A stretch of 64,000 nt of DNA from positions 1,471,697 through 1,535,696 of the forward strand of contig OY282371.1 in NCBI GenBank assembly GCA_958295715.1. Direction: 5' to 3'. A program made the position numbers and the translations under genes. The notes under the pieces were generated by a model, which was not told where the DNA came from, did no database searches, and saw only the letters and a list, made by a program, of their open reading frames with translations. Of the stretch, positions 20,900 to 29,683 are shown in pieces. Positions within the stretch are counted from its first letter, which is position 1, and every line of letters starts with the position of its first letter. The DNA comes from an uncultured Dehalococcoidia bacterium. Its GTDB lineage: Bacteria > Chloroflexota > Dehalococcoidia > Lucifugimonadales > GCA-2712585.

Positions 20900-20937
20900 C
20901 GGGGGGATAGCGGGACGACGCCGGGGCCGTTTCCAAT

Positions 20938-20970
20938 CATCTAAGGCCGGACGGCATCTAAGGCCGGACG
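20938..20970 (+). promoter_or_regulatory. Tandem direct repeat (2 x CATCTAAGGCCGGACG, 17-nt period); possible operator
   Basis: Exact 16-mer at 20938-20953 and 20955-20970. It ends 12 nt before the ATG of the XRE-type HTH gene. Confidence 0.3.
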
Positions 20971-20982
20971 TGGCGGGAGTAT

Positions 20983-21231
20983 ATGAAGACCGCAGGCGAA
21001 GGGGGAGAAAAGTGGGGGGCCGCGGAGGTGAAGGCCCTGCGCGCCCACATGGCCCTGACCCAGGACCGGATGGCCCGGGAGCTTGGCATACGCCAGCAGA
21101 CGGTGAGCGAGTGGGAGCGGGGGGTCTACCGGCCCCGGGGGGCCTCCAAGACGGCCCTTAAGATGATTGCCGAGCGGGCGGGCTTCCGGTACGACGCCTC
21201 GCCGGACGGTGGGCAGGAGACCGCCGGCTAG
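20983..21231 (+). CDS. XRE-family helix-turn-helix transcriptional regulator
   Basis: LTQDRMARELGIRQQTVSEWERG is a classic HTH_3 (Cro/C1) signature. 82 aa. Confidence 0.7.
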   Translation: MKTAGEGGEKWGAAEVKALRAHMALTQDRMARELGIRQQTVSEWERGVYRPRGASKTALKMIAERAGFRYDASPDGGQETAG

Positions 21232-21297
21232 GAAACGGGGCCAAGGCGCCAACGGGGTGGGCTGGCGTTTTACACGGAACCGTGTAAAATTGCCCCC

Positions 21298-22698
21298 ATG
21301 GACCCTCGAAGGAACAGGAGCGGCCCCAAGGCCGGAAAGGACCTGCAAAAGCGAGTTCCGGAGTCCCTGCTGGCCCGCTTGTGGCAGGAGCGGGCGGCGC
21401 GGCAGGCCGGCTTCAGGACGGCGGAGGGCCGCCGGGTGAAGGTCCTCTACCCGGGCAGGCGCGGGACCGAGGCGGGCCCCGACTTCCGCGACGCCCTCAT
21501 CCACCGCGAGGGGGTGGGGCTGGTGCGGGGGGACGTGGAGCTTCACGTCGGCCCCCGGGACTGGCGCAGCCACGGCCACGGGGGCGACCCCCGGTACAAC
21601 GGGGTGGCCCTCCACGGCGTCCTGACGGGCGGCGGCGAGTCGTCCACCCGCCTTCAAAGCGGGGCACAGGCCCCGGTCATCTCCCTGGAGGGCCTCCTTG
21701 AGGCCGAACCCTCATCCGCGCCCAAGACATCCGGGAATGAATCCTTCATATGGTCCATCCTGGCGGGCAGGGGCTACCCCAGGCCGCGGTCCCGCGACGA
21801 GGCCCAGGGGCTGCTGGCCCGGGCCGGGAGGGAGCGGTTCCTGGGGATGAGCGCAGCCCTGGCCGGGCTGGTGGCGGAAGAGGGGGAGGAGGAGGCCATA
21901 TACCAGGCCTTGATGGAGTGCCTGGGCTACGTGGAAAACCGGGCGGCCTTCTTGGAACTGGCCCAGAGGGCGCCCTGCCGGTCCCTAGTGGAGGCGGCCA
22001 AACGGGTAATCCCCTCGGAAAGGCCGGCCCTCATTGAGGGGCTGCTCCTGAGGGCCGCTGGGCTTGGCCCCGGCGCGGACGACGCCTTGGACGCCGCAAC
22101 GCCCCCCATCCGTTGGCGCTTCTTCAGGGTCCGGCCCAGCAACCACCCGCGCCGGCGGGTGGCCGGGGCCGCGGCCCTCCTGGCCCGCTTCATGGAACAG
22201 GGCCTCCCGGAGGGGCTGGCGGCCCTGGCCCGGGAGGGCGGCTTCAAGCCCCTACGAAAAGGACTTCTTGTTCCCTGTCCACAGGCGGCCCCCGGCGGCT
22301 CGCCGGAGGAAAAGCGCCTCACCTCCTTGTCCCCTGTCCGGGGGGCGGCCCCCGGCGGCTCGCCGGAGGAAAAGCGCTTCACCTCCTTGTCCCCTGTCCG
22401 GGGGGCGGCCCCGGCCCTCATAGGCGGGGCTAGGGCGGCGGACATAGCGGTGAACGCCGTTCTGCCTTTTATTTATGCAAGAGGCCGGGGGCATGCCCGG
22501 GGTCTCCGACGCAAGGATGAAGCCGGGGCGGCGGAGGCCCTGGACATCTTCATGGCGGGGCCACGCCTCCAGTCCAACCGGGTCACCCGCGAGATGGAGG
22601 CGGTCCTCTTCCCCAAGGAGTGGCTCCCCCTGGGGGATTCCCTGCCCCGCCAGCAGGGGCTAATCCACTTTCACCATCTGGCGAGGGGTGAGGGGTGA
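21298..22698 (+). CDS. DUF2851 family protein
   Basis: The N-terminal block LWQER...GRRVKVLYPGRRGTEAGPDFRDALIHREGVGLVRGDVELHVGPRDWRSHGH matches my recollection of the DUF2851 signature. It contains an in-frame 60-bp tandem repeat. Confidence 0.7.
   Translation: MDPRRNRSGPKAGKDLQKRVPESLLARLWQERAARQAGFRTAEGRRVKVLYPGRRGTEAGPDFRDALIHREGVGLVRGDVELHVGPRDWRSHGHGGDPRYNGVALHGVLTGGGESSTRLQSGAQAPVISLEGLLEAEPSSAPKTSGNESFIWSILAGRGYPRPRSRDEAQGLLARAGRERFLGMSAALAGLVAEEGEEEAIYQALMECLGYVENRAAFLELAQRAPCRSLVEAAKRVIPSERPALIEGLLLRAAGLGPGADDALDAATPPIRWRFFRVRPSNHPRRRVAGAAALLARFMEQGLPEGLAALAREGGFKPLRKGLLVPCPQAAPGGSPEEKRLTSLSPVRGAAPGGSPEEKRFTSLSPVRGAAPALIGGARAADIAVNAVLPFIYARGRGHARGLRRKDEAGAAEALDIFMAGPRLQSNRVTREMEAVLFPKEWLPLGDSLPRQQGLIHFHHLARGEG
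22271..22412 (+). repeat. In-frame 60-bp tandem repeat (about 2.2 copies) inside the DUF2851 gene
   Basis: Units at 22284-22343 and 22344-22403 differ at a single base (22318 C vs 22378 T). A partial third copy covers 22404-22412. It encodes GAAPGGSPEEKR(L/F)TSLSPVR twice. Confidence 0.85.
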
Positions 22699-22739
22699 CG
22701 CGGATGTGATACCATAGGGGCCGGAGACGGACCGCCCCA

Positions 22740-23642
22740 ATGCCTACCCACCAACCCCACCAGCCCTTAGAACCCGGCGACGCCCGGCCGGCGTCCCGCG
22801 GGCCGTGGGATGACGCCGGGGGGCCGGCGGAGGCGCCGGCGAGGGCCGGAAGGGGCCTACGAGACGTGCCCCTCCTGGAGGAGGAAGAGGTCGCGGCCCT
22901 CCTGTCCGCCGAGGGCGGCATGGCGCCCGGGCCGGTGGAGAAGGGGGAACTGCTGGCCTTGACCACCCGCCGGGTCATCGCCTTCCTGCATATAGATGGG
23001 CGGCGGGAGACGCGGATGGCCTTTCTGGAGGACGTGGACGGCCTTTCGGTCAACTCCCACGCCCGGGACGTGAAGCCGCTGCTCCAGGGGCTGTTCTTCC
23101 TGGCGGCGGGGGCGGCGGTCTACCTGGCCTTGGGGACCTTCAGCGGCGGGGGGATAACCCTGGCCGCCTTCCTGGGCGGGGCCGTGGCCCTCCTCGGGGT
23201 CCTCTACCTAGCCCGGTTCCTGACGGGGGAGCAGGGGGGGGAGCTGGTCTTCCACGGCGGCGGCGGGGAGCTGCGGTTTCCCTACGCCTCCAAGAGTATG
23301 GAGCCCCAGGTGTATGAGATGACGCGGGTCTGCTTCCAGCTAAAGGCGGGGGAGTTCCTCCACGGCCCCTTTGACGACGAGAACGACGACGCGCCCCTTG
23401 AGGACCCGGAGTGGCGGGAAGCCGCCCTTGCGGATGAACGATATGAGGGAACCGGGGAAACCGCCGGACCGCCCCAAGGGTCCCACTCCCCTGAGGACGG
23501 GCCGGACGCCGCCCCTGAGTATGGACGCGACGCGAGAACCGGGGAGAAGATCAGCCCAGGGTCAGAGATGGGTCCACCTCCAGGTCCAGGGCCGACTCCC
23601 GGCCACGGCTCAGATGAAAGTGGGCGCAGGCCGCCACCATAG
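22740..23642 (+). CDS. Hypothetical membrane protein (two predicted TM helices, low-complexity tail)
   Basis: Hydrophobic stretches LLQGLFFLAAGAAVYLALGTF and ITLAAFLGGAVALLGVLYLARF. I recognise no family. The 3' end overlaps convergent tsaD by 92 nt, so the true stop or the gene's reality is uncertain. Confidence 0.45.
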   Translation: MPTHQPHQPLEPGDARPASRGPWDDAGGPAEAPARAGRGLRDVPLLEEEEVAALLSAEGGMAPGPVEKGELLALTTRRVIAFLHIDGRRETRMAFLEDVDGLSVNSHARDVKPLLQGLFFLAAGAAVYLALGTFSGGGITLAAFLGGAVALLGVLYLARFLTGEQGGELVFHGGGGELRFPYASKSMEPQVYEMTRVCFQLKAGEFLHGPFDDENDDAPLEDPEWREAALADERYEGTGETAGPPQGSHSPEDGPDAAPEYGRDARTGEKISPGSEMGPPPGPGPTPGHGSDESGRRPPP

Positions 23643-24576
23643 CCCCGTTGTCGGTGCAGAGCCGGGGGGCCGGTATGATTACGGGCAGGCCGGCCCTGGC
23701 CCGGATGGTGGCCCGCAGGAGGGCGTTGGCCGTGACCCCGCCGCCCAGCACGACGCCCCGGGCTCCATGCTCCGCGGCGGCCGCCAGCGTCTTGGCCGCC
23801 AGAACGTCCACCACCGAGTCCTGAAAGGCCGCCGCCAACTCCCTGACGGCGGCATCGTCCGTCTCCCGCCCACGCTCCCCCGGGGGGTACAAAAAAGCGG
23901 CCTGGGCCTTGTGGAGCAGGGCCGTCTTCAGGCCGCTGAAGCTGAAGTCGTGGGAGCCGCGGAGCCAGGCCCGGGGCAGCCGTTCAGCGCCGTTGACCCC
24001 CTCGGCCACCCTTTGTATCTCCGGGCCGCCGGGGAACCCGAGGCCAAGGAGCCGGGCCGCCTTGTCGAAGGCCTCCCCCGCGGCGTCGTCGCGGGTGCGC
24101 CCCAGCAGCCTGTAACGCCCGTGGCCCTCCATGATGAGCAGGTCGGTGTGGCCCCCGGAGGCGATGAGGCACAGGAGGGGGAAGCCGAGCTCATGGTCGT
24201 GAGGGGCGGCGTCAAGCCAAGCGGCGTATACGTGGCCCTCCAGGTGGTTCACCCCCACCAGGGGGAGGTCCAGGGCCAGGGCGAGTCCCTTGGCCGCGTT
24301 GACCCCCACCACCAGGGCCCCCGCCAGTCCGGGGCCGTGGGTGACGGCCACCGCCTCGATATCCTCCAGGGTCGCCCCCGCCTCCTCCAGGGCCATGGAG
24401 ACGATGGGCATCACCTCCAGGACGTGCTGGCGGGAGGCAAGTTCAGGCACAACGCCGCCGTAGCGCCGGTGAATGTCCACCTGGGAGGAGACGACGTTGG
24501 ACAGCAGGAACCGCCCGTCCTCCACCACGGCCGCGGCGGTCTCGTCGCAGGATGTCTCGATGCCTAGTATCTTCAC
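23551..24576 (-). CDS. tsaD: tRNA N6-adenosine threonylcarbamoyltransferase
   Basis: MKILGIETSCDETAAAVV...HRRYGGVVPELASRQH...HLEGH: canonical Kae1/TsaD motifs. GTG start. Confidence 0.9.
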   Translation of the reverse strand: MKILGIETSCDETAAAVVEDGRFLLSNVVSSQVDIHRRYGGVVPELASRQHVLEVMPIVSMALEEAGATLEDIEAVAVTHGPGLAGALVVGVNAAKGLALALDLPLVGVNHLEGHVYAAWLDAAPHDHELGFPLLCLIASGGHTDLLIMEGHGRYRLLGRTRDDAAGEAFDKAARLLGLGFPGGPEIQRVAEGVNGAERLPRAWLRGSHDFSFSGLKTALLHKAQAAFLYPPGERGRETDDAAVRELAAAFQDSVVDVLAAKTLAAAAEHGARGVVLGGGVTANALLRATIRARAGLPVIIPAPRLCTDNGAMVAACAHFHLSRGRESALDLEVDPSLTLG

Positions 24577-24700
24577 GTTGACAGTATAGCCGCCGCCAGC
24601 CGCCCGGGAAAAGGCCCCAGCCCCCCGCCTTTACAGCCGCTTTAGCCCTCTGCTATCATCGCCCCATAGTGAACTGGCGAGCCGTGGCCTCCCGTGGGGT

Positions 24701-25996
24701 GTGGATTCGATGCTAGAGGGCCGAGACTACATGGAAATTGGACTTCTGGTCCTTTTCCTCGCCCTATCCGCCTTCTTCTCAAGCTCGGAAACCGCCTTCA
24801 TCGCCCTGCAACGGGTGAAGCTCATACACATGGTCCGCACCGGCGTGCCCGGGGCCAAGCGGGTCTTCAAGATGTCGGAGCGCCCCGAGCGGCTGCTGCC
24901 GACGGTGCTGCTGGGGAACAACCTGGCCAACACCGCCGCCGCCGCCCTGGGAACGGCCCTGGTCATATCAATCGTGGGCAACGTGGGGTCAGCCATCATC
25001 ATCGCCACGGCGGGCGTCACCCTGCTGCTGCTCATCTTCGGCGAGGTGATGCCCAAGACCTTCGCCGCCCACCACCCGGAGCGGTTCGCCCTGGCGGCCG
25101 TGAGGCCCCTTCAGATAGTGGAGTGGGTCCTCTTCCCCCTGGTCCAGGCCCTCCGGGGCCTCAGCTTCCTCGCCGCCCGCGTCTCCGGGGCCAAGTCGGA
25201 GTCCTCCCCCGTCACCGAGCAGGAGATCCGGAGCCTCATACTGGTGGGAAAGGAGGCCGGGGCCGTGGAGGAGGCCGAGGCGGAGATGCTGGAGAAGGTG
25301 TTCCACTTCGGAGACAGCCACGTGGCTGAGATTATGACCCCAAGGCCGGAGATAGTGTTGGTGGAGCGGTACACCACCCTGAGGGAGTTCCTGGACATCT
25401 ACGCGGTGAACTACCACACCCGGTTTCCCATATTTGAGCACGACATGGACAACGTCGTCGGCCTCCTCTCCGTGAAGGACGTTCTGAAGGCCCAGAAGGA
25501 TGAGGACCTGGGGCCGGAGGACGACGTGACCCACCTCTTGAGGCCGGCCCACTTCGTCCCCGAGACCAAGACGGCCCGGAGCCTCTTCTTGGAACTGCGG
25601 GAACGGGGCCAGTCCATGGCCATGATAGTTGACGAGTACGGCGGCATCGCCGGCCTGGCCACCCTCAAGCAGCTGTTGTCGGTCATCGTGGGGCCCGTGG
25701 GCGAGGAGGGCCAGCCCCTGGAGAGCCAGTACGCGTCGGTGGACGAGAACACCTTCCTCCTAGACGCGGGGTTGAGCATAACCCAGATAAACGAGCAGCT
25801 TGACCTGGACCTTCCCCTGGGGGAGTACCAGACCCTGGCCGGGTTCGTCCTGGAACGGCTGGGCCGCATCCCCCGGGAGCGGGACCACCTGCACCACGAG
25901 AATCTGCGGTTCACCATTCGCGAGATGGACGGGGTGAAGATTGAGCAGATAGAGGTGCTGCGAATGGCCCCCGTCAGGGAGAGGGGCGTCCCGTGA
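24701..25996 (+). CDS. CNNM/hemolysin-family transporter-associated protein (DUF21-CBS-CorC_HlyC)
   Basis: N-terminal DUF21 (FFSSSETAF, LLGNNLAN, GEVMPK), a CBS pair, and a C-terminal CorC/HlyC domain. Start may instead be the ATG at 24731. Confidence 0.8.
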   Translation: MDSMLEGRDYMEIGLLVLFLALSAFFSSSETAFIALQRVKLIHMVRTGVPGAKRVFKMSERPERLLPTVLLGNNLANTAAAALGTALVISIVGNVGSAIIIATAGVTLLLLIFGEVMPKTFAAHHPERFALAAVRPLQIVEWVLFPLVQALRGLSFLAARVSGAKSESSPVTEQEIRSLILVGKEAGAVEEAEAEMLEKVFHFGDSHVAEIMTPRPEIVLVERYTTLREFLDIYAVNYHTRFPIFEHDMDNVVGLLSVKDVLKAQKDEDLGPEDDVTHLLRPAHFVPETKTARSLFLELRERGQSMAMIVDEYGGIAGLATLKQLLSVIVGPVGEEGQPLESQYASVDENTFLLDAGLSITQINEQLDLDLPLGEYQTLAGFVLERLGRIPRERDHLHHENLRFTIREMDGVKIEQIEVLRMAPVRERGVP

Positions 25997-26601
25997 GGAT
26001 AGTCCTGGCGCGCCACGGTGAGACGCCGTGGAACCGGGAGGGGCGATTCCAGGGCCAAAACGACATAGGGCTGAGCGACGCGGGGCTTGCCCAGGCCCGG
26101 GAAACGGCCGCCGCGCTGGAGGATATTGAGGTCGCCGCCATCTGCTCAAGCCCCCTGGCCAGGGCCCTTCAGACGGCGGAGATAATCGCCCACGGGCGGT
26201 CGATGCCGGTCATCCTCGTGGATGAGCTTAAGGAGATGAGCGAAGGCGTGATCGAGGGGTTGAACAACTCGCTGCTGCGCCAGCTCCACCCGGACATCTT
26301 CCACCAGTGGCGGGATGACCCCTCCAAGGCGCGTATTCCCGGCGGCGAGACGCTGGGGGAGCTCCAGGCCCGCGCCTGGCGGGGCGTGGAGCGCATAAGA
26401 GAGGACCACCCCCACGGGACCACCGTGGCCGTATCCCACAACTTCGCCATAATCACCATCGTGTGCAGGCTCTTGGAACTGCCCCTGGACCGGTTTCACC
26501 GGCTGCGGGTAGACCTGGGGTCCCTCACCACCCTGGAGCACGGCGAAAGGGGCTGGCGGCTCGCGTCCCTAAACGAGACCCGGCGCCTGCCCCCGGCGTA
26601 G
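25993..26601 (+). CDS. Histidine phosphatase family protein (phosphoglycerate mutase / alpha-ribazole phosphatase-like)
   Basis: MRIVLARHGETPWN (RHGE motif) and a later SHN histidine. The GTG start overlaps the upstream stop (GTGA). Confidence 0.75.
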   Translation: MRIVLARHGETPWNREGRFQGQNDIGLSDAGLAQARETAAALEDIEVAAICSSPLARALQTAEIIAHGRSMPVILVDELKEMSEGVIEGLNNSLLRQLHPDIFHQWRDDPSKARIPGGETLGELQARAWRGVERIREDHPHGTTVAVSHNFAIITIVCRLLELPLDRFHRLRVDLGSLTTLEHGERGWRLASLNETRRLPPA

Positions 26602-26609
26602 AAGCCGCG

Positions 26610-28049
26610 TTGAACCCCCGCAGGCGGCTGGAGGCCATCGTCAGGCGGGCCCTTGTCCGCAGCGGACTGGCCGGCGGCGGCGCAACGCTGGTGGCGGCCA
26701 TATCCGGCGGCCCCGACTCCACGGCCCTGCTCCACTGCCTGGCCCGGCTCAGCGACCGGATGGGCCTATCCCTTCACGCGGCCCACCTGAACCACGACTT
26801 CCGGGGCGAGGAGGCGGAGGAGGACGCGCGTTTCGCGGCGGCCCTTGCCCGCGGCCTGGGGATCCCCTCCACCGTGGACGAGGCCGACCCCATGGCCTAC
26901 CAGAGGGAGACGGGGATATCCTCCTTTGAGGAGGCGGCCCGGGAGGTGAGGTACAACTTCCTCGCATCCGTAGCCCGGAGGACGGGGGCCAAGGCCATCG
27001 CCTTGGGGCACACCGCCGACGACCAGGCGGAAACGGTCCTCATTCACCTGCTCCGGGGAAGCGGACTGCCCGGCTTGAGGGGGATGGGAGAGATGACGGA
27101 GTGGCGCGGCCCCAGGGCCACGGTCCAGGGCCTCCTCTTTCGCCCCATGCTGGAGGCCACCCGCCGGGACACCCTGGCCTACTGCCGCGAACTGAATATA
27201 CCCTACCGCGAGGACTCCACCAATCTGTCGCCGACCTTCACCAGAAACCGGGTGCGCCACGGGCTGCTCCCGGCGTTGGAGGAGTACAACCCCAGGGTGA
27301 AGGACGCCCTCATCCGCATGGGCCGCTCCGCCTCCGAGGCCGCCAGCTTTCTTGAGTCGGAGGTGGACGGGGCTTGGCCCGGCATAGCGGCCCGGCGGGA
27401 TGGCGGCCTGCGCCTAGACGCCGACGCCCTGCGTCGCCTCCACCCCTGCCTTCAGGGCTTGGCCCTGCGACGCGCCTACCGGGAGACCAGCGGGCACCTC
27501 CGCCGGCTAACGGAAGCCCACGTGAGGGCCATGGTGAGGCTGCTTCATGGCCGCGCGGGGGGCGCGGTCAGCCTGCCGGGCGGCCTGACGATGAGAAACC
27601 TTGGTGACGAGCTTGTCCTCGGCCCGCGGGAGGCCGCGCATGTCCCCCGGCCTGTCCTGGAGGGTGAGACCCCCCTGAGCCTTCCCGGGGTGGCCCGGAT
27701 ACCCGGATGGACGGCGCGGGCCGAGATGACGCCGCCCTCCACAGAGGTCAGGACAGGGGATCCGATGACCGCCGTCTTCGACGCCGACCGGCTGGGAACG
27801 GGCCTAGTCCTGCGGGGCAGAAGGCCCGGCGACCGGTTTCACCCGTTGGGGATGGCCGGGGAGAAGAAGCTAAAGGACTTCCTCATCGACCGGAAGGTCC
27901 CGAGGGAGGGCCGGGGCGCCGTGCCCCTCCTGGTGTCCGAAAGGGGGATAATGTGGGTGGTGGGCCACCGTCTCTCCGAAGCCGCCAAGGTGCGGGGGGA
28001 CACGCGGCGGGCGGCGCTGATACGGTTCGAACCCTCCGAGGGCGGTTAA
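26610..28049 (+). CDS. tilS: tRNA(Ile)-lysidine synthetase
   Basis: PP-loop VAAISGGPDSTALL, then LGHTADDQAET. I chose the TTG at 26610 because the track start at 26463 overlaps the upstream gene. Confidence 0.8.
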   Translation: MNPRRRLEAIVRRALVRSGLAGGGATLVAAISGGPDSTALLHCLARLSDRMGLSLHAAHLNHDFRGEEAEEDARFAAALARGLGIPSTVDEADPMAYQRETGISSFEEAAREVRYNFLASVARRTGAKAIALGHTADDQAETVLIHLLRGSGLPGLRGMGEMTEWRGPRATVQGLLFRPMLEATRRDTLAYCRELNIPYREDSTNLSPTFTRNRVRHGLLPALEEYNPRVKDALIRMGRSASEAASFLESEVDGAWPGIAARRDGGLRLDADALRRLHPCLQGLALRRAYRETSGHLRRLTEAHVRAMVRLLHGRAGGAVSLPGGLTMRNLGDELVLGPREAAHVPRPVLEGETPLSLPGVARIPGWTARAEMTPPSTEVRTGDPMTAVFDADRLGTGLVLRGRRPGDRFHPLGMAGEKKLKDFLIDRKVPREGRGAVPLLVSERGIMWVVGHRLSEAAKVRGDTRRAALIRFEPSEGG

Positions 28050-28095
28050 GCGGGGAATCGTCGCCGGGAACCCTGACGGCGAAGGAACCCAAGGC

Positions 28096-28473
28096 TCACT
28101 CGGAGCCGAATACGGCCTTGCGCAGAGTGTCGTTGAGCCGGGTCTCCCAACCCCGCCGTCCATCCTTCCGAAAGTGGGCCCTCAGGTCTGCGTCCAAGCG
28201 TAAGGAGACGCGCCGCTTGGCGGGGCGCTTCCGTCTCCCCCGCCTGGCGCCTTGATGCTCAATCACATGGAGAAAGGCCTCCTTCGCCGCGCCGCGTCCC
28301 TCAACCAAGTGGGGAAGGACCTCTCTTGCCGGACGGGCGCGCCGGAACCACTCTTCGTCCAGTTCCACGGCGTCCGGGTCTGCCGCTATCCCGGCTTCGA
28401 TAGCCGCCTCTTCGCCATGTTTCTCGGCGATTTCGTCGAAGCTCAGTCCATTTCGTTCAACGTGACTCTTCAT
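28096..28473 (-). CDS. brnA: BrnA-type antitoxin
   Basis: The C-terminal block KRRVSLRLDADLRAHFRKDGRRGWETRLNDTLRKAV is the BrnA/CopG-like signature. It overlaps brnT by 17 nt. Confidence 0.75.
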   Translation of the reverse strand: MKSHVERNGLSFDEIAEKHGEEAAIEAGIAADPDAVELDEEWFRRARPAREVLPHLVEGRGAAKEAFLHVIEHQGARRGRRKRPAKRRVSLRLDADLRAHFRKDGRRGWETRLNDTLRKAVFGSE

Positions 28474-28750
28474 AGGATCGTCCCTCCCGCCGGCTGGCCT
28501 TCCTCAGACTTATGACCCGAATCCGACGCTCCCTCTCGGTGAACACGACACAATGCAAACGGTTCTCTATATACCCTATGCCGACGCAACGCGGCTCCCC
28601 GGTAAAAGGGCTTTGTTTGACCAAAGCAGAGTCCCAATCGAACCCAACGACGGCCCAAAAGTCTACTCCGTGCTTATGCTTATTGGATACCTGCTTTGCT
28701 TCGTCCCACTCATATGAGACACTCTCATTGTATGTAAAGTACAGCGTCAC
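28457..28750 (-). CDS. brnT: BrnT-type ribonuclease toxin (DUF497)
   Basis: YEWDEAKQVSNKHKHGVDF...RLHCVVFTERERRIRVISLRKASRRE matches the BrnT family pattern. Confidence 0.8.
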   Translation of the reverse strand: MTLYFTYNESVSYEWDEAKQVSNKHKHGVDFWAVVGFDWDSALVKQSPFTGEPRCVGIGYIENRLHCVVFTERERRIRVISLRKASRREGRSYEESR

Positions 28751-28788
28751 GGCAAGGGGGCTTCAAACTGGGCTTCCCCCGGAAATCC

Positions 28789-29538
28789 TTATGGGCGTCG
28801 TTTCCCGCGGCCCGGGGCGCCGGGAACTTTGGGCACCCCGCCCAAACGCAGGCGCATCAGCCCCCGAACGTCCTCCCACGCCGTGCTGACGACCCTAACC
28901 TTGCTCCTGCGGTCCTCCACCCACTGCACCGGGATCTCCCGGATGCGATACCCGGCCTTGGCCGCGATTATCAGCAACTCCGTGTCAAAAAACCAGTGGT
29001 CGTTCTTCACCAGAGGAAGCAGGGCCTGGGCGGCGTCGCGCCGGAAGGCCTTGAACCCGCACTGGTAGTCGTTGAAGGGGAGGAAGAATAGGGACTTGAT
29101 CATTAGGCTGTACGAGCGCGACACAACCTCCCGCTTCATGGACCGCTTAACGTCGGCGCCCCGGGCGAACCGGCTGCCCATGGCTATGTGGTAGTCCCGC
29201 TCAACGGCCCGGACTAGGCGTGGAAACTGGTTGAGGCTGGTGGAGATGTCCACGTCCATGTAGCTCACAATGTCGGCGTTGCTCTGGAGCCACGCGGTGC
29301 GGATGGCCCGGCCCCGGCCCTTTTGCGGGATGTAGGTGTAGGTGATGCCGGGATACCGTTGGGCCAGCATCTCGCTGACCGAAGGGGTGCTGTCCGTAGA
29401 GCCGTTGTCGGCTATGACTATGCGCCAGTGGTGCTCGGTCATCCTCTCCTGGAGGAACCGGCTCAGAATCATCATGCCCTCAGGCAGCCTCTCCTCCTCG
29501 TTGAAGACCGGGACCACCACGTCAACAGCCGATTTCAT
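28789..29538 (-). CDS. Family-2 glycosyltransferase (polyprenyl-phosphate sugar transferase-like)
   Basis: VVVPVFNEEERL, ADNGSTDST and YMDVDIST (DxD) motifs. Confidence 0.8.
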   Translation of the reverse strand: MKSAVDVVVPVFNEEERLPEGMMILSRFLQERMTEHHWRIVIADNGSTDSTPSVSEMLAQRYPGITYTYIPQKGRGRAIRTAWLQSNADIVSYMDVDISTSLNQFPRLVRAVERDYHIAMGSRFARGADVKRSMKREVVSRSYSLMIKSLFFLPFNDYQCGFKAFRRDAAQALLPLVKNDHWFFDTELLIIAAKAGYRIREIPVQWVEDRRSKVRVVSTAWEDVRGLMRLRLGGVPKVPGAPGRGKRRP

Positions 29539-29658
29539 ATATCCCCGCTCCTAGTCATGCCGTTCCTGCGTCCTCCGGTAGTCCAGCGTTCACTAATATA
29601 CAAAATCCTACAACAGCCGGAACTGCGCCGCCAAGGGGCTTTTCACTGCCATGGCTGG

Positions 29659-29680
29659 AAAAACGCGGCCCTGAGCCGCG
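29659..29680 (-). terminator. Intrinsic terminator after carB
   Basis: On the reverse strand: CGCGGC-TCAGG-GCCGCG followed by TTTTT. It starts 3 nt after the carB stop codon. Confidence 0.6.
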
Positions 29681-29683
29681 CCT

